Positions 1-8,143 of a stretch of DNA of 35,143 bases are shown here, piece by piece (position 1 is the stretch's first letter; each line of letters starts with the position of its first letter). This DNA is from a virus. Its lineage: Duplodnaviria; Caudoviricetes. The notes beneath the pieces were generated by a model that made no database searches, was not told the DNA's origin, and was given only the letters and a program-made list of their open reading frames with translations. Made by a program: the position numbers and the translations under genes. The stretch is taken from IMG/VR virus record IMGVR_UViG_3300020161_002908, positions 1-35,143 of that record, one strand, 5' to 3'.

Positions 1-201
1 ACTACATATCATATGCACCGGTACTCTAGCCCATTGTGCTCCATTTTCAAGCATAACTTGAAACATTGGTACACGATGCGGTTCAGCTCTAAATCCGAAC
101 ACAAAACCATGTGTAAATTCACCATGACCTTCTTGTTCATCAAACAAGAATTCATTTCTTACAAAACAAGGAGTGTATGGTGTGTCTAATAAAAAAGACA
201 T
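1..201 (-). CDS. Phage hypothetical protein, partial (runs off window start)
   Basis: Not in the ORF track. Manual translation from ATG at 201 gives MSFLLDTPYTPCFVRNEFLFDEQEGHGEFTHGFVFGFRAEPHRVPMFQVMLENGAQWARVPVHMICS, open to the window edge. It starts right after the queE stop. Confidence 0.8.
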   Translation of the reverse strand, partial: MSFLLDTPYTPCFVRNEFLFDEQEGHGEFTHGFVFGFRAEPHRVPMFQVMLENGAQWARVPVHMICS

Positions 202-202
202 T

Positions 203-1006
203 TTAAACTTTCAAAGCCAGGTTCCACAATTGTAAATGTAGTCTATTAGAGAATTTAAAGTTATACTTCTTACAAAGATCTGCAACTACAGGACCTACTT
301 TAAGTAACTCTTCTCTAGATCCACACATAGGCATAATCCAAACGTTTTGAGCCGGTACTTTAATACTTGGCTCATTTATATACTTTTCAAATACTTCTTT
401 GAGGTCTGATTCTTCTTTTGCAACGAACTTAAAACATGCATCATTATCTACTAGATATTTGAGCACTTCCGGTTTATATCTCTTATCAGCAGGGTCGCCA
501 TTGCTAGATAGTTTAGGTGAAGTAGTATATGTGATAGAGCATTGTAAATCATCCCACTCTTTATCAGGCATAATAGTACCGTTTGTTTCAAAGTCAATAA
601 AAAGCTCCGGCTTTGCAAGCTCCTCAGTAGTAATACGTATATTCCAATTTGCAAACCCCCACCGGTCATGAATAAATTTAACGAACTCAATAAGGTTTTT
701 CTGCTGAATAAAAGGTTCGCCTCCAGTAATCTTAAGCAGAGCGCCTTCACGTAATCTATCATGATAACCGTGCTTTTCAAACAATTCAGCAATCTCTTCG
801 AAGGTCATCTTATTCTTCTTTGACCAACTTACGTAACTATCACATCCGAAAGGAGCTGCTTCACTCTTAAAGCCGATACACGTTAAGTTACACATTGATA
901 GTCTCATAAAGACTGAAGGGTAACCAACATATCTACCTTCACCCTCTAATGTATAAAAAACAAAGTCATCACTCAAAAAGAGAGTCTTATTAGGGTCGAT
1001 ATTCAT
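203..1006 (-). CDS. queE: 7-carboxy-7-deazaguanine synthase (radical SAM)
   Basis: TLEGEGRYVGYPSVFMRL, CNLTC..CDS, ITGGEP, ETNGT, SPKL and RLHLQLW motifs; lies near queD and folE. Confidence 0.92.
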   Translation of the reverse strand: MNIDPNKTLFLSDDFVFYTLEGEGRYVGYPSVFMRLSMCNLTCIGFKSEAAPFGCDSYVSWSKKNKMTFEEIAELFEKHGYHDRLREGALLKITGGEPFIQQKNLIEFVKFIHDRWGFANWNIRITTEELAKPELFIDFETNGTIMPDKEWDDLQCSITYTTSPKLSSNGDPADKRYKPEVLKYLVDNDACFKFVAKEESDLKEVFEKYINEPSIKVPAQNVWIMPMCGSREELLKVGPVVADLCKKYNFKFSNRLHLQLWNLALKV

Positions 1007-1012
1007 ATGTTT

Positions 1013-1040
1013 ATTATATTACCAACCCGATATATATCAA
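1013..1040 (-). promoter_or_regulatory. sigma70-like promoter of queE
   Basis: TTGATA-N16-TATAAT-N6-ATG on the minus strand. Confidence 0.7.
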
Positions 1041-1048
1041 ATAAAATA

Positions 1049-1324
1049 TTAAGTTTTATTTTTAGTTAAATCTGATAATTCTTTTAACGCTTGTTCAAAG
1101 CTAACCTCCGCGACTGCATTTATAGGTTGTAAAGGTTTTTGATTATTTGTTTTAGGTTGCTGTCCTACAATTGCTTGGTTCATTTTTTCAGAAATTTTAT
1201 TTTCTAATTCAATACTCTTCGGATCACGTTCTTTAATTGGCATATACGAGTTACTATTAGTCTGCGCTGGACCAACCGGCCCGGTACCGGCAACTTGATT
1301 ATTATAAATATCTTTTAATTTCAT
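1049..1324 (-). CDS. Hypothetical protein, 91 aa
   Basis: ATGA overlap with the queD stop; N/Q/P-rich. Confidence 0.7.
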   Translation of the reverse strand: MKLKDIYNNQVAGTGPVGPAQTNSNSYMPIKERDPKSIELENKISEKMNQAIVGQQPKTNNQKPLQPINAVAEVSFEQALKELSDLTKNKT

Positions 1325-2076
1325 TTCCTAGGCCCTGCGTTATTACCCCATGATGTGCCTTTAAATAAATCACTATATCCCTGTGATTTAGTACCATATA
1401 AAGGAGGTGAGTTAGGTTTTATAAATGTATTAATTACAGCTTTCGAAATTAAATTTGCTTGAACATTTTCATCTGACATGCTAGCTGATTGAGGCACTGG
1501 AACCGCAGCTGTTATAGGTTGTTGTGGTTGGTCTTCTATCTTTTCCATAGAATATGGAGATGTAGCTATAACTTCAGGAGCTTTATATTCTTGAGTTATA
1601 AAAGTATTAAGTGTTGATGTTGTTATACTTTTTTCTTTTTCATAAATTGCTGAATTTTCTGGATGCTCCCAGACTTCAACCTTTGATACCCAACATCTTT
1701 CGTTTGTAAATTCTCTAATAAATTTATCTCCAACTTCAAAACAATACTGTGCAAATTTTTCAATTCCGACACCATCTGTCATTATCCGAATATCAATGAG
1801 ACTTTTATTATTTAACTCTTTAAACGTTTGTAACGCTGGATCTTTATCCCAAACAACTACCGTATGATCAAACATTTGAGCTAGCATACTCTTAAGAGGT
1901 TTAAGAGAACCGAAATCTACAACCCAGTTATTTTCATCAACAGTATTACATGAAAACCAAAATTTAGACGTTAATTTATATCCGTGTAAATATTTACAAT
2001 GACTGCTAGCAAAAGGTTGGCGAAAAGCGCAAGAACCGAGATCTATAATTTTAGTTGAACTGTACATCGATGACAT
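1321..2076 (-). CDS. queD: 6-carboxytetrahydropterin synthase (QueD/PTPS-like) with about 105-aa low-complexity C-terminal extension
   Basis: HCKYLHGY, WVVDFGSLK, FDHT and VEVWEHPENSA T-fold motifs; que gene context. Confidence 0.85.
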   Translation of the reverse strand: MSSMYSSTKIIDLGSCAFRQPFASSHCKYLHGYKLTSKFWFSCNTVDENNWVVDFGSLKPLKSMLAQMFDHTVVVWDKDPALQTFKELNNKSLIDIRIMTDGVGIEKFAQYCFEVGDKFIREFTNERCWVSKVEVWEHPENSAIYEKEKSITTSTLNTFITQEYKAPEVIATSPYSMEKIEDQPQQPITAAVPVPQSASMSDENVQANLISKAVINTFIKPNSPPLYGTKSQGYSDLFKGTSWGNNAGPRK

Positions 2077-2136
2077 AAGATAGATATTATATCAGGTTTA
2101 TCATATCTCAACCAGATAATATATATTATATGTCTT

Positions 2137-2164
2137 ATTATATCAAAGTTCCTTAAACCGTCAA
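2137..2164 (-). promoter_or_regulatory. sigma70-like promoter upstream of queD
   Basis: TTGACG-N16-TATAAT on the minus strand. A second weaker TTGAGA..TATAAT lies closer to the ATG. Confidence 0.7.
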
Positions 2165-2194
2165 CCATTGGTGAACTTAGTTGCTGCAATTATT

Positions 2195-3601
2195 TCACTT
2201 TTTTACCACCCCGGCTAATTCTACGCGGCGACGGTCCGTGAAAGCTTTTTCAGCCTTGGCTCTGGCTGCAGCTCTTTCTTTTTCACTGCGCGTTAACTTA
2301 GGTTTAAAACGTGCCGCAGCTATATAATCAGGTTTTTGATATACAAAAGGCAACTGAGTTGATGTATAAGCAGGCATATATACGCCATCTTTCCCATAAA
2401 AATATAAATCGCCGACCGCCCCGAACTCTTTTGTTATAATAAATTTAGCATATGCTATTTTGTGATCACGTAAAAGTTTAATCGTTTTTTCGTCGTCCGG
2501 CATTAACACGTACGGTATACCTTTCTGCACAATGTTATCTTTTTTAATTATTTTAAATTTTAATTGTGTCAACTGTACCCGCTCTGGTGGTTTAGGATCT
2601 GGTTGCGGTTTAGGAGCTGGTTTAACCTCATCTGGTTTAGGAGCTGGTTTAACCTCCTCTGGGTTAGGAGCTGGTTTAACCTGGCCAGGCATTTTTGCAA
2701 ACCGTCCCCTCTCATCTTGGCCAAGCTGCCAAGTTACCGGTGTTATAACACCTGGATCTTTTTTCTTCTTAAGTTCCGCATCTAAGATGCGCCGCGGCTT
2801 GTGAATGCGCTCCATATCAGGAGGATCACCTGCAGGCCGGCGCCGGCTTTTTTCGTATAAATCTATCAAATTATCGATATCATTAATTGTATATTCATTT
2901 TTAACTGGCTCTTGGGCAGCGATCGCGGCACTGTAAAATTTTTTTATAGCTTCTGTATCTTCTATTATAAAGCTTTGATACCCTTTCTTGCCGAACATGC
3001 TTACTTTATTCGTATCTAAATCTTTTTGTTTACCAAGTAATTTGTCACCTAAGGTTGATAATGTTGATAAATCTCCTTTACTAAATTTATCAAAACCTTG
3101 TACAGCGGCATTAAGTTTATTATAACCACTGCCTACTTTAGTTGCAAATGCCCCAGCTTTTGTCCTTAAAGTAGTTCCTGGAACACTAGCTTCTTTTAAA
3201 TCTACACCATTATCACTAGTTAAAAAATACGTTTTATAAAATTTATATAAATCTTCAAGGGTGTATTCGTTTGAAAGCAACATTCCTTCTATATCAGCTA
3301 AACAATTTAAACCTGATATTTGATTTGCAAATAATTCATCAGTCATACTACCAATTATAATATTTTTTAATTTTTCAATATTTGTAATGCAATTATTAGT
3401 ATCGACGTCGCGTGGTCTAATAGTAATCATTTTTTGTGTAGGTGCACCTGCAACTACAAACATTTCTAACGAACCGTCATCATTTTCATATAACACATAT
3501 CCTTCATATGGATGTTTACGATTAGCAGGATCACATTTTAACCTGACTCGCGTAAGTTTTAACTGTTTATATTCATTTTCGAATATTTTACTTAACTGCA
3601 T
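2195..3601 (-). CDS. Hypothetical late protein with Pro/Lys-rich repeat linker; start revised to ATG 3601 (MQLSKIFENE)
   Basis: Long ORF; AATAAATA lies 5 nt upstream of ATG 3601. The longer track start would overlap folE. Confidence 0.75.
   Translation of the reverse strand: MQLSKIFENEYKQLKLTRVRLKCDPANRKHPYEGYVLYENDDGSLEMFVVAGAPTQKMITIRPRDVDTNNCITNIEKLKNIIIGSMTDELFANQISGLNCLADIEGMLLSNEYTLEDLYKFYKTYFLTSDNGVDLKEASVPGTTLRTKAGAFATKVGSGYNKLNAAVQGFDKFSKGDLSTLSTLGDKLLGKQKDLDTNKVSMFGKKGYQSFIIEDTEAIKKFYSAAIAAQEPVKNEYTINDIDNLIDLYEKSRRRPAGDPPDMERIHKPRRILDAELKKKKDPGVITPVTWQLGQDERGRFAKMPGQVKPAPNPEEVKPAPKPDEVKPAPKPQPDPKPPERVQLTQLKFKIIKKDNIVQKGIPYVLMPDDEKTIKLLRDHKIAYAKFIITKEFGAVGDLYFYGKDGVYMPAYTSTQLPFVYQKPDYIAAARFKPKLTRSEKERAAARAKAEKAFTDRRRVELAGVVKK
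2607..2682. repeat. Three 27-bp tandem coding repeats (VKPAP[N/K]Pxx)
   Basis: GGTTTAGGAGCTGGTTTAACCT-like units at 2607, 2634 and 2661. Confidence 0.9.
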
Positions 3602-3606
3602 AACAT

Positions 3607-3640
3607 TATTTATTGATTTTAAAAGTATTGTACATATTAT
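3607..3640. promoter_or_regulatory. Overlapping divergent promoters: late AATAAATA (-) and sigma70-like folE promoter (+)
   Basis: TATTTATT at 3607-3614; TTGATT (3613-3618)-N16-TATTAT (3635-3640), then ATG 3647. Confidence 0.65.
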
Positions 3641-3646
3641 ATACGG

Positions 3647-4306
3647 ATGATACCAAGAGTTAAACACCCTACGCTACCAACTGCAAATAGTAATATACCT
3701 AGATCTGATGAAGAAAAGGTAGAAATTATTAATAATGCTACGAAAGCATACGAAGGCTTTTTAGATGCACTATGCATTGATTGGCGTAATGACCCTAATA
3801 GTGATGGTACCCCTAGACGGGTAGCTAAGTCTTATGTATGTGACTTAATAAAAGGATGTTATGATCAACCTCCTAAAATTACTACATTTCCATCAGATGG
3901 TTATGATGGTATTGTTAGCCAGTGCAATATACCAATTGTTTCAATGTGTTCACATCATCACCTAGCATTTACAGGGGTAGTACACGTTGCTTATATTCCA
4001 AGTTTAGAGGGTAGAGTTATAGGTTTATCTAAACTTAATAGAATTGTAGAGTTTTATGCTAGACGTCCTCAGATTCAGGAGGGGATGACAATGCAGATTC
4101 ATTCAGCTATTGATCAAGTATGTGAGAAGAATAAAGGAGTAGCTGTAGTTGTAAAATGCTCTCATACTTGTGCATGTCATAGAGGGGTAAAACATCATGG
4201 AGCTGTTATGATAACGTCAAAGCTTTCAGGTGACTTCTTTAAAGAATCAGAATGCCGTAAAGAGTTCTACGACTTTATAGCTTCAGCTGAACGAGACAAA
4301 CGGTAA
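3647..4306 (+). CDS. folE: GTP cyclohydrolase I
   Basis: TPRRVAK, SMCSHHHLAF, GLSKLNR, RRPQIQE and HTCACHRGV motifs. Confidence 0.96.
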   Translation: MIPRVKHPTLPTANSNIPRSDEEKVEIINNATKAYEGFLDALCIDWRNDPNSDGTPRRVAKSYVCDLIKGCYDQPPKITTFPSDGYDGIVSQCNIPIVSMCSHHHLAFTGVVHVAYIPSLEGRVIGLSKLNRIVEFYARRPQIQEGMTMQIHSAIDQVCEKNKGVAVVVKCSHTCACHRGVKHHGAVMITSKLSGDFFKESECRKEFYDFIASAERDKR

Positions 4307-4717
4307 TTAACTTACGATATTTTTTTGAGTAACGTCAATAATACCACCCATTTTCTCTATAAAGGTTTTACCTAATAAAACTTTTTCTTCGTTTTGTTCT
4401 CTATTTGCTATAGAGAAAGCAGTATTGGGATATGATTTATCCCCTAACTTTATATCAAAAAGTACAACTGGTCTATTTTCTATATTACCAGATCCAATAT
4501 TAATCTTGATGTACTCTTGTAGTTTTTTAGTTATAACTTTGTTATTGACTGTGGTAAATTTAACGTAATCAGCATATTCGTCTATATTTGTACCATGTAA
4601 GACATTATAAGCCCCGTTGCCGCTATCTACTTTAGCTTCAACGGGGCCTATTTCACTAAATGTAACTGTCTCTATAAGACCTAATGCATTTTCAAAAAAT
4701 AAACTGAATGGTATCAC
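4307..4717 (-). CDS. Retropepsin-like putative aspartic protease (RimK-associated 'ATP-dependent zinc protease' family)
   Basis: AKVDSG catalytic-type motif, RPVV, FSIANR and VLLGK; GTG start. Confidence 0.8.
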   Translation of the reverse strand: MIPFSLFFENALGLIETVTFSEIGPVEAKVDSGNGAYNVLHGTNIDEYADYVKFTTVNNKVITKKLQEYIKINIGSGNIENRPVVLFDIKLGDKSYPNTAFSIANREQNEEKVLLGKTFIEKMGGIIDVTQKNIVS

Positions 4718-4722
4718 TCAAT

Positions 4723-4730
4723 TATTTATA
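4723..4730 (-). promoter_or_regulatory. T4-type late promoter TATAAATA
   Basis: Exact T4 gp55 consensus 5 nt upstream of GTG 4717. Confidence 0.75.
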
Positions 4731-4736
4731 AAAACC

Positions 4737-4937
4737 TTATTCAGTTACTGGTTTCGCTTTTAACTCTTTCTTACGCTCTTGTATTTGCTTACGCAGTGTA
4801 CGTGTAAGCTTACCGATTTCCAGTAAAGCTTTACGTGCACGTGCTGCAGCAGATGCGTTATCTTTTTCCATAAACTTTGCAACATTTTCTTGAAAATCTG
4901 CAAAGTTTGTTTGTAATGATGTAATATTATCGTTCAT
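4737..4937 (-). CDS. Histone H1-like (Hc1-family) small basic protein; start revised to ATG 4937
   Basis: EKDNASAAARARKALLEIGKLTRTLRK resembles the GNKAAGxRARKxxLE pattern of Hc1/bacterial histone-H1-like proteins. Promoter TTGATT-N16-TAAAAT-N7-ATG. Confidence 0.65.
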   Translation of the reverse strand: MNDNITSLQTNFADFQENVAKFMEKDNASAAARARKALLEIGKLTRTLRKQIQERKKELKAKPVTE

Positions 4938-4996
4938 GCTTTTTATTTTATAACATAATATCAAGTAATCAACTAACGCTTTGCATAAATATTCAT

Positions 4997-5464
4997 ATGC
5001 GTATGACCAATAATGATGAAAAGAATATATTTAACAGTTATCATAAATTATATGAATCCGGCCCAGTAGCTAATATGGGTAGAGGAGCCCCAGGGTCAAC
5101 AGCTAATCAAATTAATGTCGGATCGTCTGGACCAGTCATACCTAAATCTCCTATAGCTGCATTAAAAGGTGAAGTACCATCAACTTCATCACCATCACCT
5201 GAGAATAATGAAGAAGAATGTCAAGGCGAATCATTAGAAATGGCTAAGAGTCAATTAATAAGTACTGCGGATAAATCGATTGAACTATTCGATATGATTC
5301 ATAATGAACATCATGGAATTGAAGCATGGGCTGCTTCGAAAATTACTTTAGCAGAAGATTATATTAATACGGTTTATGATTATAAGAAATATAAGAGTTC
5401 AGATAATCAAACGACTAGTGTGGAGGTTAAGCATATCGACTCCATGGAAGATTTAGATGTTTAA
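4997..5464 (+). CDS. Hypothetical late protein
   Basis: CATAAATA 5 nt upstream. C-terminal helical block MAKSQL..EAWAASKITLAEDYINTVYDY. Confidence 0.8.
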   Translation: MRMTNNDEKNIFNSYHKLYESGPVANMGRGAPGSTANQINVGSSGPVIPKSPIAALKGEVPSTSSPSPENNEEECQGESLEMAKSQLISTADKSIELFDMIHNEHHGIEAWAASKITLAEDYINTVYDYKKYKSSDNQTTSVEVKHIDSMEDLDV

Positions 5465-5465
5465 G

Positions 5466-7394
5466 CTATATACTAGTTAAAATATTCCAAACCGCATCTT
5501 TATCCACATCAGTTGGTAAAGAATTATAAACACGTTGTTTATTTCTAGACTTTATATCAGCGCGTAATGTTGTACCTGAACCAATTCGCGGTGTATGCTT
5601 TATATTTAATGAATGTAAATTATTTGAATATTTGTCCATTCTATCATATCTGTTAACGTCATCTATATCAGTGTATAGGTTAACAGATATATGGGATGCA
5701 TCAGGTGAATCATTTAATTGAGACACATACTCATATACTGTTCGAACCGGAGAGACATCAGCTAATATAATATGTATTTTAGCTTTAAATTTTTCTAATT
5801 GAGGTTTATATATGTTCCAGATATTTTGCTTAATGTCTGGAGTTATACCACTATCCTCTCTTATTTCCTGTGATATTATAATGTATACATCGTCATTAAC
5901 TTTTGCGGCAATTTTTGCAGCTTCATAATGCCCTATATGTGGCGGGTTAAAACCACCACCAAAGAACCCTATAGTATATATTTTGTTTTCTTCATCTTCT
6001 TTAGGAGGCACTGTGCCAGCCCGACCACGGTTACCGCTAAACAGAAAATTATTTGCACTGAAACTTAATCGATCGACAATTTTTACCTGGTTACTAGTAT
6101 TACCTACATATAATACGTGTCCTTCTCCTTGAGTTATATATTTATCTCCGACCGGTATAAAACCTTTCATACTATCCAGTTGATGGGTAGCCTGTTTTAA
6201 TAAATTTAAAAATAATGATTTCGTTACATACATAATATATGTAACTTCCAACAAGCTATTAAAAGAATTTTTATTTTCATTTAAAAATGATATTAAAGAC
6301 TGTTTTTTAGTTATCGAATTTTGACGAGCCCGTTCACCTTTACCTTCCGCAGCTTTATCAATTTTTGAATTATAAAATTCTACAAACCCTTTCTGAAACT
6401 TCTCAGGATTGAATCTTTCATTATTAGCAGCTGCTTTAAATATGCCGCCACCCTCACGTACCATATAATTAAGATACTGTTGAAGCAAATAATTTTTGGA
6501 TATAATATTTGGTTTAGATACAAGTTTACCCGCTGCATTAACCTCTGTAGACTGACTTAAATATTGTCTATCAAAAGCATCATCAATTTGTGATATTTTA
6601 TTTTTTGCATCATTTAATAAATTGTTTAATTTATTTTTAGTTGCAGGGTCTAATTTAACGTTTAATGTTTTATAGTTACCGCTTTCTGTAAAAACCCCAG
6701 CTTTTTGCAAACTATCAACAACGTTCGAAACATCTCTACCAGCCATTTTAGTTATAATACCACCATCCGCAGACGGTGTAATATCAAATTTAGCATGTAT
6801 TATAATCCCAGCTTTCGACTTTAATACATTATTATATATTCTTGATTTAGAATCTACTGGCACTGCGTATGTTATCAGATTAGGTTGAAAAGTTAAATAA
6901 TCTACACCGTCAATATTTTTTTCAATAGGCGGCCTTGAAGGGGTATATAATAGATCTCCTTGATACATATATCCTGAATTATCATAACCGGCTTTAAAAA
7001 GAGGAAATACAGATTTCAATACATCTTTTAACCCTTGCGGAGCGTCTCTATACAATACATCTACTTCAGATACATCATGAATTAAATTAGGGTTTTTCGA
7101 AAAAACTGATTTAGTAGATATAAAAAAACTATTTCTTTCCCCCACTCTCGGATCTAGACCAAAAAATAGCGCAGGTGAACCATCTATCTTTAAATTTACA
7201 TTTGTTTTACTGTCTAAACCTTCAAGAAATGCGGTAAAGTTATCAACTTGATCTATAAATTTTATAAACCCTTTTTTACCTTCTTCTATAGCTAAATCTT
7301 CTAAATGCGTTAAATGAGATTCAGCTTCGCCCGCGGCACCTTCATTGGATTCGAGTATTATATTGTTACTAAAAAAATAATTAAAAGGTTTCAT
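5466..7394 (-). CDS. Fusion of a ligase-like (DUF6267-like) domain and a HIGH-motif nucleotidyltransferase
   Basis: N-part: HLTHLEDL, KIDG, YQGDLLY, GEG, VKIVDRLSFS. C-part: FGGGFNPPHIGH and SGTTLR. Confidence 0.75.
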   Translation of the reverse strand: MKPFNYFFSNNIILESNEGAAGEAESHLTHLEDLAIEEGKKGFIKFIDQVDNFTAFLEGLDSKTNVNLKIDGSPALFFGLDPRVGERNSFFISTKSVFSKNPNLIHDVSEVDVLYRDAPQGLKDVLKSVFPLFKAGYDNSGYMYQGDLLYTPSRPPIEKNIDGVDYLTFQPNLITYAVPVDSKSRIYNNVLKSKAGIIIHAKFDITPSADGGIITKMAGRDVSNVVDSLQKAGVFTESGNYKTLNVKLDPATKNKLNNLLNDAKNKISQIDDAFDRQYLSQSTEVNAAGKLVSKPNIISKNYLLQQYLNYMVREGGGIFKAAANNERFNPEKFQKGFVEFYNSKIDKAAEGKGERARQNSITKKQSLISFLNENKNSFNSLLEVTYIMYVTKSLFLNLLKQATHQLDSMKGFIPVGDKYITQGEGHVLYVGNTSNQVKIVDRLSFSANNFLFSGNRGRAGTVPPKEDEENKIYTIGFFGGGFNPPHIGHYEAAKIAAKVNDDVYIIISQEIREDSGITPDIKQNIWNIYKPQLEKFKAKIHIILADVSPVRTVYEYVSQLNDSPDASHISVNLYTDIDDVNRYDRMDKYSNNLHSLNIKHTPRIGSGTTLRADIKSRNKQRVYNSLPTDVDKDAVWNILTSI

Positions 7395-7414
7395 AATTAA
7401 AGTGTGTACAGTAT

Positions 7415-8125
7415 TTAGTCAATATCATCCCCTGTAAAGCGTTTTTGTTCCCCCGGGGGTAGTTCATCAAGTATATTACGAAACGGAGTATCTCCTCTAT
7501 GTGGTACTATTTTTAAAAAAGTTATATCTGTCCTGTATAATTCTTCAGGCATTCTAGGCTCGTCTTCATATTGAATGTATACTTCTTTATTTCTCAATTT
7601 TGGATTATAAAAGTTATACATGGTTGTTATTAATGCTTTATAATTACGAGAAGCAAATATTTGAGGAGTTCCATCGTAGTCTTCCCAATCATCAATACGA
7701 ACAACTTTGTTATTAGTAATATACTCTATAAATCGGTCTCGTCTATATTTACCACCCATTGTTTTGTACATTTTCCATTGTGAAGTCTCATCAACTCCAG
7801 CTACCCATTTATAAGCGCTATCATTAAATAATTTGTTAAAAGTCATATGATTAAATGCTGTTATTTGTGTCGGATCCGGATTAGTAGAACTTTCAATAGC
7901 ATTATTAACGTCCCGATCAATTAGATCTTGAGACCTCCCCGGATTGAGATTTTTCATTGCTGGACCGTTAAAGTAGTCAGTCCAGTATTTTTTTATATCA
8001 TCGGGAGTACGTGCAATGCCATCATCGGCGGAGTGGTATATTTTCCAAAAGAAAAATTCAAAATTATTACTTTGGACTCCTTGATTTTCCATTAAGATCT
8101 CTTGAACTAGTTCGTTAAATTTCAT
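7415..8125 (-). CDS. Hypothetical late protein
   Basis: 236-aa ORF; MKFNELVQEILME leader; TATATATA 5 nt upstream. Confidence 0.8.
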   Translation of the reverse strand: MKFNELVQEILMENQGVQSNNFEFFFWKIYHSADDGIARTPDDIKKYWTDYFNGPAMKNLNPGRSQDLIDRDVNNAIESSTNPDPTQITAFNHMTFNKLFNDSAYKWVAGVDETSQWKMYKTMGGKYRRDRFIEYITNNKVVRIDDWEDYDGTPQIFASRNYKALITTMYNFYNPKLRNKEVYIQYEDEPRMPEELYRTDITFLKIVPHRGDTPFRNILDELPPGEQKRFTGDDID

Positions 8126-8143
8126 ATTAATATATATATAAAC

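Noticed and set aside
2077-2194. tRNA or ncRNA in the largest intergenic gap
   Set aside because: No cloverleaf or T-loop is present. The gap is explained by promoters, and its 14-bp AT-only palindrome (2116-2129) is plausible by chance.
2607-2682. 27-bp direct repeats as a mini CRISPR array
   Set aside because: The units are contiguous, in frame and encode a Pro-rich linker; there are no unique spacers.
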